Shown piece after piece: positions 14,429-23,804 of a DNA stretch of 32,781 nucleotides. The first letter of the stretch is position 1. Each line of letters starts with the position of its first letter. Source of the DNA: a virus (lineage: Duplodnaviria > Caudoviricetes); the IMG/VR virus record IMGVR_UViG_3300033407_000522, positions 1 to 32,781 of that record, one strand, 5' to 3'. The position numbers were made by a program, and so were the translations under genes. The notes below the pieces were generated by a model, which saw only the letters and a list, made by a program, of their open reading frames with translations, did no database searches and was not told where the DNA came from.

Positions 14429-14633
14429 GGAGTTCCAGCCTCCCGACCTTCTCGTAGAGAAGCTGGATCTGCTGTTGAACTTGCAGCTCGATCCGCTTGC
14501 GGTCCGCAACGTCGAGCACCCGGACCAGGTCATCGACGGGAATGGTTTCTTCACCACCCTGCTTGGCTCGCTGAACCAGAGACATCATCCCGATGAAGAG
14601 CGGATCGACGGTACCCTGCTGTTTCTCGTTCAT
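14310..14633 (-). CDS. Hypothetical protein
   Basis: ATGA-coupled to the upstream gene; 3' end overlaps the lipoprotein gene convergently. Confidence 0.6.
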   Translation of the reverse strand: MNEKQQGTVDPLFIGMMSLVQRAKQGGEETIPVDDLVRVLDVADRKRIELQVQQQIQLLYEKVGRLELLMAEPRGSRPAPEPSEESPDHAFERARQRRDSRPPASGS

Positions 14634-15127
14634 TGCATGCCTTCCATCTTGGGGATGTGCGTCTCTCTCTGAACACCTGACGAAGTCACCTGATCCCACA
14701 CATGGCCGCCCCCGCCAGGAGTTGCTGAAACCATCCGAGGCTGGATCTCCTGGCTCGGAACCGAGACGTCACGCACGCCGATGATCGCCCCGGTCTCCGG
14801 GTGATGTACCTCTCCGCTCTGCGTGTTCAGGATCGTTCCGTCGTTGAGATACCGGAACCCGGCAGCGAGTGCCGGCCTGTTGTCCTGCTGCTGCTGTTGC
14901 GGCGGCGCTACCTGCTGCGGGCGCTCGCTGTAGTTCACGCTCTGCCCCGCGTCCATCCCGCAGAACTGCGCGTAGCCGTGTGCTCGGTTGCCGAGTTCGC
15001 GCATCTCCGACTGGGTCGGAATGGCGCCCCCGTCCATGCACTCATCGAACCCTTTCGTGATGGCGAGGAGTTCACGAACGCAACCTCGCAAGTAGACGAG
15101 CCGTTCGTGGTTGTTCTCGAACTGCAT
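14630..15127 (-). CDS. Hypothetical protein with Gln-rich linker
   Basis: SD GGGAGGT. Confidence 0.75.
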   Translation of the reverse strand: MQFENNHERLVYLRGCVRELLAITKGFDECMDGGAIPTQSEMRELGNRAHGYAQFCGMDAGQSVNYSERPQQVAPPQQQQQDNRPALAAGFRYLNDGTILNTQSGEVHHPETGAIIGVRDVSVPSQEIQPRMVSATPGGGGHVWDQVTSSGVQRETHIPKMEGMQ

Positions 15128-15149
15128 GCTAAACCTCCCTGACTATTTC

Positions 15150-15231
15150 AAAAGGCGGGGCCGGCCTGGCGCGACCAGCCCCGCGGAAAGGCCCGGCGCC
15201 CTCCCAGGATCGTGAGACCCTGACGGAGAGC
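15150..15231 (-). terminator. Terminator-like hairpin preceded by a second long hairpin
   Basis: 12-bp stem 15155-15166/15173-15184 followed by CUUUU; bulged 14-bp stem 15198-15231; mismatches are G.U on the minus strand. Confidence 0.6.
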
Positions 15232-15240
15232 ATGTCGGCG

Positions 15241-15687
15241 TTACTTGAGCTTTTCAATCGTCGATCCACGGATTTTCGAGAGCGTCTCCTGGAAGTGCGT
15301 GAGGCTCTTCCCGATCACGGAGGGGTCGCTCGTCGCAGACATCGTGTCCTTCTGGAGGAGCAGCGCTCGAGCCGTCTCTGCCTCTTCGCCTGACACCTTG
15401 CCTTCTCGAATGGCTTGGGAGCCATGCTGTGCGAGCATCTTCTCAAGGGCCAGCTCCTCGAGGAAGCTCGACCCTCTCGGGATCCTCTCCCTCACGGCCG
15501 CCATGACCTCCGAGATCGAGGGGAACCACTTGTGCGTGAGAGGCAGTTGCAGAATTGCCTTCTTCACGAGTTCGTAATCGAGGGCGAGGATGTAGACCGA
15601 GTACGCGTGCAACGTGCTCGGCTGCACTTCCTTGTCGTAAGCCCCCATGAGCATCGTGATGAGTTCCATTGCCTGGTCTGGTTTCAC
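15241..15687 (-). CDS. Replicative helicase loader/inhibitor (G39P-like)
   Basis: L..AY...Y...L..LDYE.V..AI......KWFPSISEV; GTGA-coupled to the initiator. Confidence 0.7.
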   Translation of the reverse strand: MKPDQAMELITMLMGAYDKEVQPSTLHAYSVYILALDYELVKKAILQLPLTHKWFPSISEVMAAVRERIPRGSSFLEELALEKMLAQHGSQAIREGKVSGEEAETARALLLQKDTMSATSDPSVIGKSLTHFQETLSKIRGSTIEKLK

Positions 15688-16505
15688 AGTCGTTCCTCCG
15701 CTTGCCGTACGAGTTCCGTCAGGCGCGCCGCATCGCTCGCCGTCATCTTGCCGTTCTTCCCATGGCTCCCGTTCTTCCGGTTGCCCGTGACCGCGCACTG
15801 GTCGTGGTGTCGCGAGAAGGTCAGGAAGTCCGGCGCCCCGTCCGACATCCAGCCCGGCGGGTCCAGGCAGCAGTTCTCCCACCGGCGGGCCACCTCCTCG
15901 ACCCCGAGCGCCGAGGCGAGCCGCTTCGCCTGGGCGGAGTGCCCGGCCGACCAGACCATCTTCTGACCGTTGGTCACCCGCTCGAAGAGGGCCTCGACCT
16001 GGAGGCGGAGCAGGTGGCCGGGGGTTGGTACAGGCTCTGAGTTCTTCGGTTTTCGGGGCGGCTTCTGACGGACCAGCTCCGACGTAGTCGGAGAGGAGAT
16101 ACCAGTCTTCTGGTATCTCTTAGTACGGGCCGGGCCGGGAGCAGCGTTACAAGGAGTGTCTGTAACGGCGTTACAACGGAGTTTCTTGACGCGCAGATTG
16201 GTTGCCTGGCGTCGTCGTAAGACGCTGTCTTTGCTCTGGATGTGTTCTTGCCAGCGAGGAATGAACCATCCTCCATCTCGCGCCAAAATGGCACCACAAG
16301 CCAGTAACCTTTTGACGCCTCTTTGTCGCGATCGTGTCGCGATCGTGTCGCATGCGTGTCGCATCGCGCCGGTCGAAATGACCCCGTTCGTGAGGTGGTA
16401 CGAGGAGTAGGCGAGGAGGGCTTGGTAGAGGATGATGGCGCTGGGCGTCATCTCAAGAACCATCGGGTCCTTGAGGAATTGGTCGTCGTACTTGACCCAG
16501 GTCAT
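15684..16505 (-). CDS. Phage replication initiator/replisome organizer
   Basis: MTWVKYDDQF..DP...A..LY...LAYS...LT.G.I N-terminus and R....RV.K.R basic linker with CNAV repeats; followed by a helicase loader. Confidence 0.75.
   Translation of the reverse strand: MTWVKYDDQFLKDPMVLEMTPSAIILYQALLAYSSYHLTNGVISTGAMRHACDTIATRSRQRGVKRLLACGAILARDGGWFIPRWQEHIQSKDSVLRRRQATNLRVKKLRCNAVTDTPCNAAPGPARTKRYQKTGISSPTTSELVRQKPPRKPKNSEPVPTPGHLLRLQVEALFERVTNGQKMVWSAGHSAQAKRLASALGVEEVARRWENCCLDPPGWMSDGAPDFLTFSRHHDQCAVTGNRKNGSHGKNGKMTASDAARLTELVRQAEERL
16324..16367. repeat. Four 11-bp tandem repeats inside the initiator gene (candidate ori iterons)
   Basis: TGTCGCGATCG TGTCGCGATCG TGTCGCATGCG TGTCGCATCGC. Confidence 0.7.
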
Positions 16506-16643
16506 GCCCCCACTCCCCGGTTCGATCGAATGCGGTTGACGGGCGCTTTTTTCAAGCTAGTCTTCATCTTCTCGAGTCCTTCTGTGGGCGGGTCCGGAAC
16601 TGTTGACGAAGCCCGGGCCCGCCCTTTTTTCGGGGTTGACCGA

Positions 16644-16677
16644 AGCCTACCATCGGTTCGTGGCAGATCAACCGATG
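16644..16677. promoter_or_regulatory. Candidate leftward promoter overlapped by an inverted repeat
   Basis: Minus strand TTGATC-N16-TAGGCT with extended TG; inverted repeat CATCGGTT (16651-16658)/AACCGATG (16670-16677). Confidence 0.4.
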
Positions 16678-18345
16678 ACGTTGCCGGATTCTCTAAAGCG
16701 CCTGTCACCGAAGGTGCTACAGGCGCTGACTTCGCCCGGCGTTCTGGAAGCTCTCACCGCGCCCGCTTCCGCCAAGAAGTTCGCGGCCATGTACAAGGGG
16801 CGGACGCAGAGCGAAGACGGGAAGGTTCTCGACTTCTACAGCTTCACACCGCGCCCGAAGCTCCACTACCAGAACTACATATTCCGATCAAAGGCCCGGC
16901 TTATGGCGCTTGTCGGCGGAAATCAAATTGGCAAGACTTTGTCGGGAAAGCGCTTCGTCGTTGCGCACTTGCTTGGCTCCGATCCGGTGATGAATCCTGG
17001 TGTGCAGTACCGGACGCCCTCCAAGGTCTGGGCCTTCACGAAGGGACACTTGGTCGAGGGGCTCTTCGAGGAAATCCTTGAGATGATCCCGCCGCAGGAG
17101 ATCGTTCCGAACGGAATTCGGCGCACGCTCGGCAAGCAGCGGATCAAGTTGAACAACGGATCCCTGCTTGAGATGAAGTCGCACGACCTGGACCGAGAGG
17201 CGGTGCAGCAGGCGAAGTGCGACATCGTGTGGTGGGATGAAGAGGGACCGAAGGACCACTGGCTCGAGTTGTGGGTGCGCCTTGCTGCGCGCGGTGGTGT
17301 CTTCCTGCTGACCTTGACGCCCGTCCGTGGCACGATCTGGTTGCACGACAAGCTCTACAAACTCGAGGAGAAGTACAGGAACGCACTGAGCGGAAAGTTC
17401 GCTTGGTTCAGCGCGGCGATGACCGACAACGACACGCTCGACCAGGATGTCGTGAAGACGATCATCCAGGAATGCGCGGACGATCCTGACCAGCTCGACA
17501 TCCGCGTTAAGGGCATCTACCGGGTGCTCTCCGGATCGGCGCTCTACCCGCAGGAGTCGCTCGAGTACCAGCACGAGGTCTACAAGCGCGCGGAGCTGAA
17601 GCGGATCAACTTCGATTCCTCCGGGAACTTCTTCCTGGACCCGGACTCGAGGAACCACTGGAAGATCTGGGAGGACCCGGTCCCTGGCTGTGGCTACGCA
17701 ATCGGCGCCGACATTGCCGAGGGCGGCGAGAAGAGCGACTACTCTTCGGCGCACACCGTCAAGGTCTCGAACAACCAGGTCGTCGCGACCTGGCACGGGC
17801 ACGAACAGCCGGACGTTTTCGGGTGGGAGTGCCTGTTCGCCGGCCGCCTCTACAACAACTCGATCATCGCCCCCGAGGTGAATAAGCAGGGGGGGGCTTT
17901 CCTGGCGGTCTTGAAGGAGGCGGCCTACCCGGCGATCTACCAGCGCACCGTTCTGTCGGGCAAGATGGCTCACTTCCTTGGAACCTATGGGTGGTCGACC
18001 GACAAGTTCAGCAAGCCGAAGGCGGCGCTCGAGCTGCGCCAGCTCCTGCTCAAGCGGCAGATCGCCATCCCGGACGGGGGGACCCTGGAGGAGCTGGCGA
18101 ACTTCCAACGGGAGCGGAAGGAGCGGCCGCGGTCGTTTGGGTACTCGGCTGTGACCGGGCACGACGACCGGGTCATGTCCCTGATCATCGCTATCCAGGC
18201 CACAAAACAGGGAATCATTGGCTCGCATCCACAGAGGGGGTTGGTGTATGGTGAGGCCGGACAAGATCCTGCGGAGCGCTGGCGCGCCGAGTTGGAGGAG
18301 TCGTACGAGAACCCGAAGCCGAGCAAGCGGTACGCGCACTTGTAG
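16675..18345 (+). CDS. terL: Terminase large subunit
   Basis: Walker A GGNQIGKT, Walker B WWDEE, motif III TLTP, nuclease GADIAEG and HDDRVMS; start position uncertain. Confidence 0.93.
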   Translation: MTLPDSLKRLSPKVLQALTSPGVLEALTAPASAKKFAAMYKGRTQSEDGKVLDFYSFTPRPKLHYQNYIFRSKARLMALVGGNQIGKTLSGKRFVVAHLLGSDPVMNPGVQYRTPSKVWAFTKGHLVEGLFEEILEMIPPQEIVPNGIRRTLGKQRIKLNNGSLLEMKSHDLDREAVQQAKCDIVWWDEEGPKDHWLELWVRLAARGGVFLLTLTPVRGTIWLHDKLYKLEEKYRNALSGKFAWFSAAMTDNDTLDQDVVKTIIQECADDPDQLDIRVKGIYRVLSGSALYPQESLEYQHEVYKRAELKRINFDSSGNFFLDPDSRNHWKIWEDPVPGCGYAIGADIAEGGEKSDYSSAHTVKVSNNQVVATWHGHEQPDVFGWECLFAGRLYNNSIIAPEVNKQGGAFLAVLKEAAYPAIYQRTVLSGKMAHFLGTYGWSTDKFSKPKAALELRQLLLKRQIAIPDGGTLEELANFQRERKERPRSFGYSAVTGHDDRVMSLIIAIQATKQGIIGSHPQRGLVYGEAGQDPAERWRAELEESYENPKPSKRYAHL

Positions 18346-18354
18346 GAGACGGAC

Positions 18355-18795
18355 ATGCCGCGGGCGAACCAGGTACGGATCCACCACCACGATCAGAACG
18401 ACGGGTTTGTAGGTGAGCTTGATGCTTTAGGCACAGCCTCGGCTGTTGCGCACACCCATGGCGAACGGGACGGCGGAGCTGGGGTTCTCGCAGCCAGAAC
18501 ATTCAGTTCAACCGCAAAGGTGTTCGGACCTCTTCAGCCCGGCGAGTGGGAGGCGGTTATCACGCTGAGTACCACGCCAGGAAATGCGATGAGTGGGATC
18601 GTGAAGTTCTGCCAAACGGCAGTGGCGTCATCAGCCCTTGCCGCACACGATGCTTTTGTTCCAGGGAGCACCAGTGGTGCTTTGGGCGTGTTGCGACTGC
18701 CTTTTTCTGTGATTCCAGGGAAGCAATTCATTTCGTTTGTTTCGTCAGGAGTCAATACCATGAAGGTGACACTCAGGAGGCTGAAGACCCGCTGA
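18355..18795 (+). CDS. Probable virion protein, paralog 1
   Basis: SD AGGAG; clearly similar to the next gene. Confidence 0.75.
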   Translation: MPRANQVRIHHHDQNDGFVGELDALGTASAVAHTHGERDGGAGVLAARTFSSTAKVFGPLQPGEWEAVITLSTTPGNAMSGIVKFCQTAVASSALAAHDAFVPGSTSGALGVLRLPFSVIPGKQFISFVSSGVNTMKVTLRRLKTR

Positions 18796-19241
18796 TGCCA
18801 AGAGCGAACCAGCTACTCATTTACCACCACGATCGGAACGATGGGTTCGATGACGAACTCGCAGTCACCGGAGCGGCATCCATCGAGACCCACACGCACG
18901 GGCAAGTGGACTCGGACGGGATTGGCGGTGGGCTGACAACCCGCTTATTCAGCAACACTGCCGTCATCGTCGGCCCGCTTCAGCCTGGTGAATGGGAGGC
19001 CGTGTTTGCCGATGACGGCGGCCTGGGTGGGGCGATGGGAGCGGTCATCAGCTTCTGTCAGACGAGTACCCGCGTCGCTGCGGACGCTACGGATGATGCT
19101 CTGATCGGGGCCGATCTCGGGATCAACCCATCGCTGCGGACGCTTTTGTTCTCTGTGACCCCGGACAAGCGATACATCTCCTTCGTTGCGTCTGCTGCGG
19201 TCAACATCCTCTACACGCTCAGGAGGCTGAAGACCGCCTGA
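18795..19241 (+). CDS. Probable virion protein, paralog 2
   Basis: TGATG-coupled; shares MPRANQ, NDGF, HTHG, GPLQPGEWEAV and LRRLKT. Confidence 0.75.
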   Translation: MPRANQLLIYHHDRNDGFDDELAVTGAASIETHTHGQVDSDGIGGGLTTRLFSNTAVIVGPLQPGEWEAVFADDGGLGGAMGAVISFCQTSTRVAADATDDALIGADLGINPSLRTLLFSVTPDKRYISFVASAAVNILYTLRRLKTA

Positions 19242-19630
19242 TGGAAGTTCTCGTCATGGCTTGTGTCTACACCGCTGTGCTCACCGGGATCTTCGTGTTC
19301 CTGGTGATCTCGATGCAGCGGTCGTGGGCTGAGCGCGTGAGGCTTCAGGACGAGCTTCGTGCGGCCGAGGTCGCTCGGATTCAGCGTGCGTTCGAGAAGT
19401 CCCAGGAGCAGTGCCATACGGCGTACGCTGCTCTCCTCGCATCAGGGGCCCGTGGCGTGGCTCCCTGGAGCGTTCCCCTTCCCCACCAACCGGTTCCCGG
19501 CGGACCGCCTCAGAAGTTCCCGATGGGGAACGGCAACCTGGCCTACTCGGCGCGCAAGCCGACGGGTGCAGGAATGCCGTCCCACTTCGCGAACGAAGAA
19601 GGCACCGGGTTCCGCTATGCCTCTGGGTAG
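19241..19630 (+). CDS. Membrane-anchored hypothetical protein
   Basis: N-terminal TM helix followed by coiled coil; TGATG-coupled. Confidence 0.7.
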   Translation: MEVLVMACVYTAVLTGIFVFLVISMQRSWAERVRLQDELRAAEVARIQRAFEKSQEQCHTAYAALLASGARGVAPWSVPLPHQPVPGGPPQKFPMGNGNLAYSARKPTGAGMPSHFANEEGTGFRYASG

Positions 19631-21149
19631 ACCGAGCTTCAAGATCCACCCGACCGGGTACTACGGGAACATCGACGTCGGGGATTCCCCGCTCAACGAG
19701 AGAGGGGACGGTCAGCCTCCCGACATGGGGGGGATGGGCGGCGGCCGCGGCGGCAGCGGTCCGGGGGCCGTGTACGGGGAGGGTGGGTCGGACATCATGT
19801 CCCAGCTCGGACAGAAGCTGGGGGACATGATGTTCGACGAGCTGAAGACCGGGAAGGGAACGAAGTACCTCTTGGACGAGCTGTTCCCGAAGGGTGACCG
19901 CGGGTTGGAGCCGTTCAATTTCGAGGCGGAGATGGGGCCGGATGTTGCGGGGGGGCTGCGTGAGACCCGGCTCGGGATGGGCGACACGTTTCCGAGTATC
20001 GAGGGGCCGCTCACGGAGGGGCAACAGGCGATCTACGATGCGGGGATCCTGGGTCCCGAGGGGCCGACGCTTGGGCCGCTGGGATCTACCTCGACCTCGG
20101 CATCTCCTGCATCGACGCTCGGCGCTGCGGTTCCTGACGCAACGATCGCCGGACTCTACGATGCGACTGGCAGCCTGTCGTCCATTGGTGCGGCAGGGGC
20201 GCCGGCGACCTCGGCGGCCGCGCCGGCGCTTGCTGAGCTGGGTGCGAGTGCTGGTGCGGGAACTGCTGGCGCCCTTGGGGCGACGGGGGCTACTGGGGCC
20301 ATGGGCGCAACGAGCGCCTTGGGCGCCACTGGGGCTGGAGCTGCTGAGGTTCTTGGTGCAACGGGAGCTGGGGCGGCTGGGACTCTTGGGGCTACGGGAG
20401 CGGGGGCAGCCGGAGCAGCAGGAGCTGCTGGAGTCGGAGCTGGTGCAGCTGGTGCAGCTGGTGCTGGCGCTGGCCTAGCTGCCGGCGCGGTTGGTGGAGC
20501 GGCTACGGGTGGTCTTGCTCTTGCTGCCATGCTTGCCTCAAATGCAGTTATGGGAGAGGGGAAGCTTGGGAATGAGTCCAACAGGATGTCTTCTGGGCAG
20601 CTTCCGGCATTCATGCTCAAGCCGGGCACGAACGAGCTTGCCCCTCGATCTCAAATGGCCTACCAGGTGGCGGATACCTTTGAAGACAAAGGTCACATGT
20701 TTGGACTCTTCGAGAATTCTGGCATTGGCGAGCCCTTCCGCGCCTTAGGGAAGCACTCGGAGCTTGCAAACCAAGTTCTTCCAAGTCCCACCCGCATGGG
20801 TGGTCTCATGCTTGGACCAAAGTACCAGCGCACCGTTGAGTCACTTCCACAGTCGAAACTGTTCCAGTATGGCCCTCCGGAACAAGCTGGTGGTGAAAGC
20901 GGACTCGGCGCGATCACGCCTATCTCTGGTGGCGCTTTTGGTAAAGCCCCACCCATTCGGGACACAAGTGGCCTCAACGTCGGTAGCGCTCTTGGCGGTG
21001 CTCCTGGTAGTGCCACTGGTGATCTCGGTATGTTCGGTGGTGGAAGTGCCATGAGCATGGGTCCTGTCGGCGGTGCCGGCATGTTCGGTGGTGCCGGCGG
21101 TGCTGCTGGCGGCGGCGGCTTCTTGAGCGAACTCTTCTCGAGCCTGTGA
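19617..21149 (+). CDS. Gly/Ala-rich protein, possible ejection/pilot protein
   Basis: Long open frame with LGATGAG repeats; start uncertain. Confidence 0.6.
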   Translation: MPLGRPSFKIHPTGYYGNIDVGDSPLNERGDGQPPDMGGMGGGRGGSGPGAVYGEGGSDIMSQLGQKLGDMMFDELKTGKGTKYLLDELFPKGDRGLEPFNFEAEMGPDVAGGLRETRLGMGDTFPSIEGPLTEGQQAIYDAGILGPEGPTLGPLGSTSTSASPASTLGAAVPDATIAGLYDATGSLSSIGAAGAPATSAAAPALAELGASAGAGTAGALGATGATGAMGATSALGATGAGAAEVLGATGAGAAGTLGATGAGAAGAAGAAGVGAGAAGAAGAGAGLAAGAVGGAATGGLALAAMLASNAVMGEGKLGNESNRMSSGQLPAFMLKPGTNELAPRSQMAYQVADTFEDKGHMFGLFENSGIGEPFRALGKHSELANQVLPSPTRMGGLMLGPKYQRTVESLPQSKLFQYGPPEQAGGESGLGAITPISGGAFGKAPPIRDTSGLNVGSALGGAPGSATGDLGMFGGGSAMSMGPVGGAGMFGGAGGAAGGGGFLSELFSSL

Positions 21150-21358
21150 TGGTGAACCTCCGCGAGATCCAGGTCCGTTGCCCGCGCTGCGGCGGGGGAC
21201 TCTCTCACCGCGGAGAAGGCTCGTCCTCTCACTCGTGCGGAACACGGCTCGCCGTGACCCGCATCGGGGATCTCGGTTTCTGCGTGCAGCTCAAGGGCGC
21301 CTCTCGCTCACGGGCCGCCTTCGTCTACAAGGACGGTGAACTCAGGAGGTCCACATGA
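21149..21358 (+). CDS. Small zinc-ribbon protein
   Basis: EIQVRCPRC...HSCG; coupled at both ends. Confidence 0.6.
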   Translation: MVNLREIQVRCPRCGGGLSHRGEGSSSHSCGTRLAVTRIGDLGFCVQLKGASRSRAAFVYKDGELRRST

Positions 21359-21633
21359 CCCAGGTTCGTACGGGCTTCTTCAACAAGCGGTGGTACTACG
21401 AGAAGTCCACGGTCGTCGTGGCCTCCGGGGCTGGCACGCTCGCGATCCTTTTCGCCGAGGCGTTCGGTGGGGTTCCTCACGTCCACGTCCTAGCGCCACG
21501 CGGATCGGATGGAACGTACACTGCGGCCAGTGTGACGAAGACGGGCTTCACCCTGACCGTCGCTTCAGTCACCGATGCGGACTACGACGACCAGGATGTC
21601 GAGGTTCTCTGGTTCGCGCACGAGGAATACTGA
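21355..21633 (+). CDS. Small virion protein, H-type-lectin/fibre-tip-like fold
   Basis: F..AF...P.V, VTKTGFT and V.WFA pattern; SD AGGAGGT. Confidence 0.6.
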   Translation: MTQVRTGFFNKRWYYEKSTVVVASGAGTLAILFAEAFGGVPHVHVLAPRGSDGTYTAASVTKTGFTLTVASVTDADYDDQDVEVLWFAHEEY

Positions 21634-23792
21634 TGCCGGTCTCCCTCGATTACATGCCGACGAGCAAGGGGCGCTCTCCAGGGCGACCTTCGAAGAAGGG
21701 TGCCGAGGAGCGCGGCATGAAGCTCCTGCGCGACGTGATCCGGACCCAGGAAGACGGGCTCTACGACATCCACGCCGAGTGGTATGAGCAGATCCAGTTC
21801 GTGAGCGGTCTTCAGCACATGTTCTTCCACAAGGGGATCGGGCGCACCGTGCCCTACCCCCAGGCGGACGACCACCGCGTGCGGATCGTCTACAACGAGG
21901 TCCTCCCCATCGTCGAGGGCCAGCAGGCCCTGCTCCTCTCCCGCGACCCGAAGCGCAAGGTGGTGCCGTTGACCGACAACGAGGACCTGATCGACGCCGC
22001 GGAGTTCGCCAACGGTTTGCTCGACTGGGCGGTCGAGTACCACACGATCGAGGAGGTCGCGATGGACGTGGCGAGCTGGTTGGCCGAGACCGGCAATGCC
22101 TTCATCCACGTCGGCTGGGATCCGACCAGCGGCAGAGAGATGCAGCTTTCCGACGGGTCCTCGTTCTTCGAGGGCAATCCGATCCTCGAGGCCGTTCCTC
22201 CCTTTCAGATCGGAATCCATCCGCACGCCAAGAAGTTCGAGGACTCGCCTTACTGCACGCGCCAGTCGCTCATGCCCAAGGAATGGCTCGAGGCCTTCAA
22301 CAAGAAGGCGGCCGACCAGCTCGGCGAGCAGAACCAGGTGACGGGCGGCCCGGGTTCCTACGAGCTGGAGCTTCTGAACTATCAGCCGCGCAGCCGAAAC
22401 GGCGTCGGCTACGGCTCCATCGGCGCGATGGTGGGGGACGTCAAGTCGTTCTTCACGCTCTGGCAGCTCTACCTGGTGCCGACCGTCGAGTACCCGGACG
22501 GTCTGTTCATCATGGCGGCCGGCATCGGGAACCAGCCAGAGGTCCTCGTGCACTACGGTCCGAACCCGTACAAGCGCCTGCCCTTCGTCCACTTCAAGAT
22601 GCTGAACCGGCCGGGGCGCATGCTCGGGGATTGCTACGTTCCGCACCTGATGCCGGCGAACCGGGCGTTCAACCGGTTCAACGGGCAGCTCATCGAGAAC
22701 GGGAACTTCATCGCGAACCCGATGCTGTTCGTCCCTCACTCGATCCCCGGCGAGCTGGTGACGAACATCCCCGGCGAGAAGATCCCCTTCCGGGACGGCT
22801 TGCAGACCCCTCCGTTCTACCTGACCTCGCCGCCCCTGCCGCCCTATGTGATCGACGCCAGGAACACGGCGCGGGAGTACATGGCCTCGCTGGCCTCACC
22901 GGTCGGGCCGGACTCGGACGACATGGCGTCCCGGGCGACCTCCGGGATTCAGCTTTCCCTGATCGAGGAGATGCGCAGCCGCAAGGTGGCGCCCATGATC
23001 CGGCGCTGGGAGCTGGCCTGGGAGAAGGTCTGGAAGCATTACCTGCTCACCTGGGCTCAGTTCCAGAGGGTTCCCCGGGAGATCAATGCGCCGACCGCGG
23101 CCGGCGACTACCGGGCGGCGGTGTTCCTCGAGACGATGAACCTCTCCCAGATCCAGGTCAAGGTCGAGCGGTATTCGGCCATGCCGACATCGCGCGTCGC
23201 GACCTTTGCCGAGTGGGTGGAACTCGTCAAATCGGGTGCTGCGGACGTGCAGACCGACATGGAAATGCGCCGGCAGATGTTCGACGACATCGGCAAGGGG
23301 CACATGGTCCGGGGCTGGAAGAACTTCAATGCCGACATGGAGAAGGCCAGGCGGAATCTCCACGCCATCCGGTCCGGTCAGCAGGGCAAGGGGCCTGAGC
23401 AGTTCGACGACCTGGACGCCCACCTGTCGGTGTACTCGGCCTTCCAGAAGACGGCCCAGTTTGACGAGTGGATCCGGCAGAATCCGGCGGGTGAGCAGGA
23501 GTTCTGGACGATTGTAAATGCATTTCAGTCCTTGAAAGACCGGCAGGAACGCGCCAGACTCATGCAGGCGATGATGCTGCAAGGCGGCGGCTCCGGAGGC
23601 GGCTTCCCATTCGAGGGGGGTCCGGAGGGCGCAGCGGCGGGGCCCATGGGGGTCCAGGCGGCGGCAGAGACGTTCCAGCCCGGCGCACCCCAGGGTGGTG
23701 CAAACCCCACGACAACTCAGGGATTCGGTAATGCGCCGAATCCGTACGTTCCTTCGGGACAGGCGTCGCCCGATGCGGGCTTGATGGCGTAG
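21633..23792 (+). CDS. Portal protein (P22-like, large)
   Basis: About 720 aa; N.V.PIVE, G.AFI.V.WD, LPFVHF and SGIQL motifs; Gly/Pro/Gln tail; lies between TerL and scaffold/capsid. Confidence 0.85.
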   Translation: MPVSLDYMPTSKGRSPGRPSKKGAEERGMKLLRDVIRTQEDGLYDIHAEWYEQIQFVSGLQHMFFHKGIGRTVPYPQADDHRVRIVYNEVLPIVEGQQALLLSRDPKRKVVPLTDNEDLIDAAEFANGLLDWAVEYHTIEEVAMDVASWLAETGNAFIHVGWDPTSGREMQLSDGSSFFEGNPILEAVPPFQIGIHPHAKKFEDSPYCTRQSLMPKEWLEAFNKKAADQLGEQNQVTGGPGSYELELLNYQPRSRNGVGYGSIGAMVGDVKSFFTLWQLYLVPTVEYPDGLFIMAAGIGNQPEVLVHYGPNPYKRLPFVHFKMLNRPGRMLGDCYVPHLMPANRAFNRFNGQLIENGNFIANPMLFVPHSIPGELVTNIPGEKIPFRDGLQTPPFYLTSPPLPPYVIDARNTAREYMASLASPVGPDSDDMASRATSGIQLSLIEEMRSRKVAPMIRRWELAWEKVWKHYLLTWAQFQRVPREINAPTAAGDYRAAVFLETMNLSQIQVKVERYSAMPTSRVATFAEWVELVKSGAADVQTDMEMRRQMFDDIGKGHMVRGWKNFNADMEKARRNLHAIRSGQQGKGPEQFDDLDAHLSVYSAFQKTAQFDEWIRQNPAGEQEFWTIVNAFQSLKDRQERARLMQAMMLQGGGSGGGFPFEGGPEGAAAGPMGVQAAAETFQPGAPQGGANPTTTQGFGNAPNPYVPSGQASPDAGLMA

Positions 23793-23804
23793 GAGGTTTT
23801 GAAC

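Noticed and set aside
16502-16708. Small minus ORF as TerS or a regulator
   Set aside because: No recognisable motif and it overlaps the terL start; a short peptide from MKTSLKK cannot be excluded but is unsupported.
21622-21635. GAGGAATACTGATG identical to the junction at 4741-4754
   Set aside because: Only two copies and mostly constrained by SD plus TGATG; probably coincidence.
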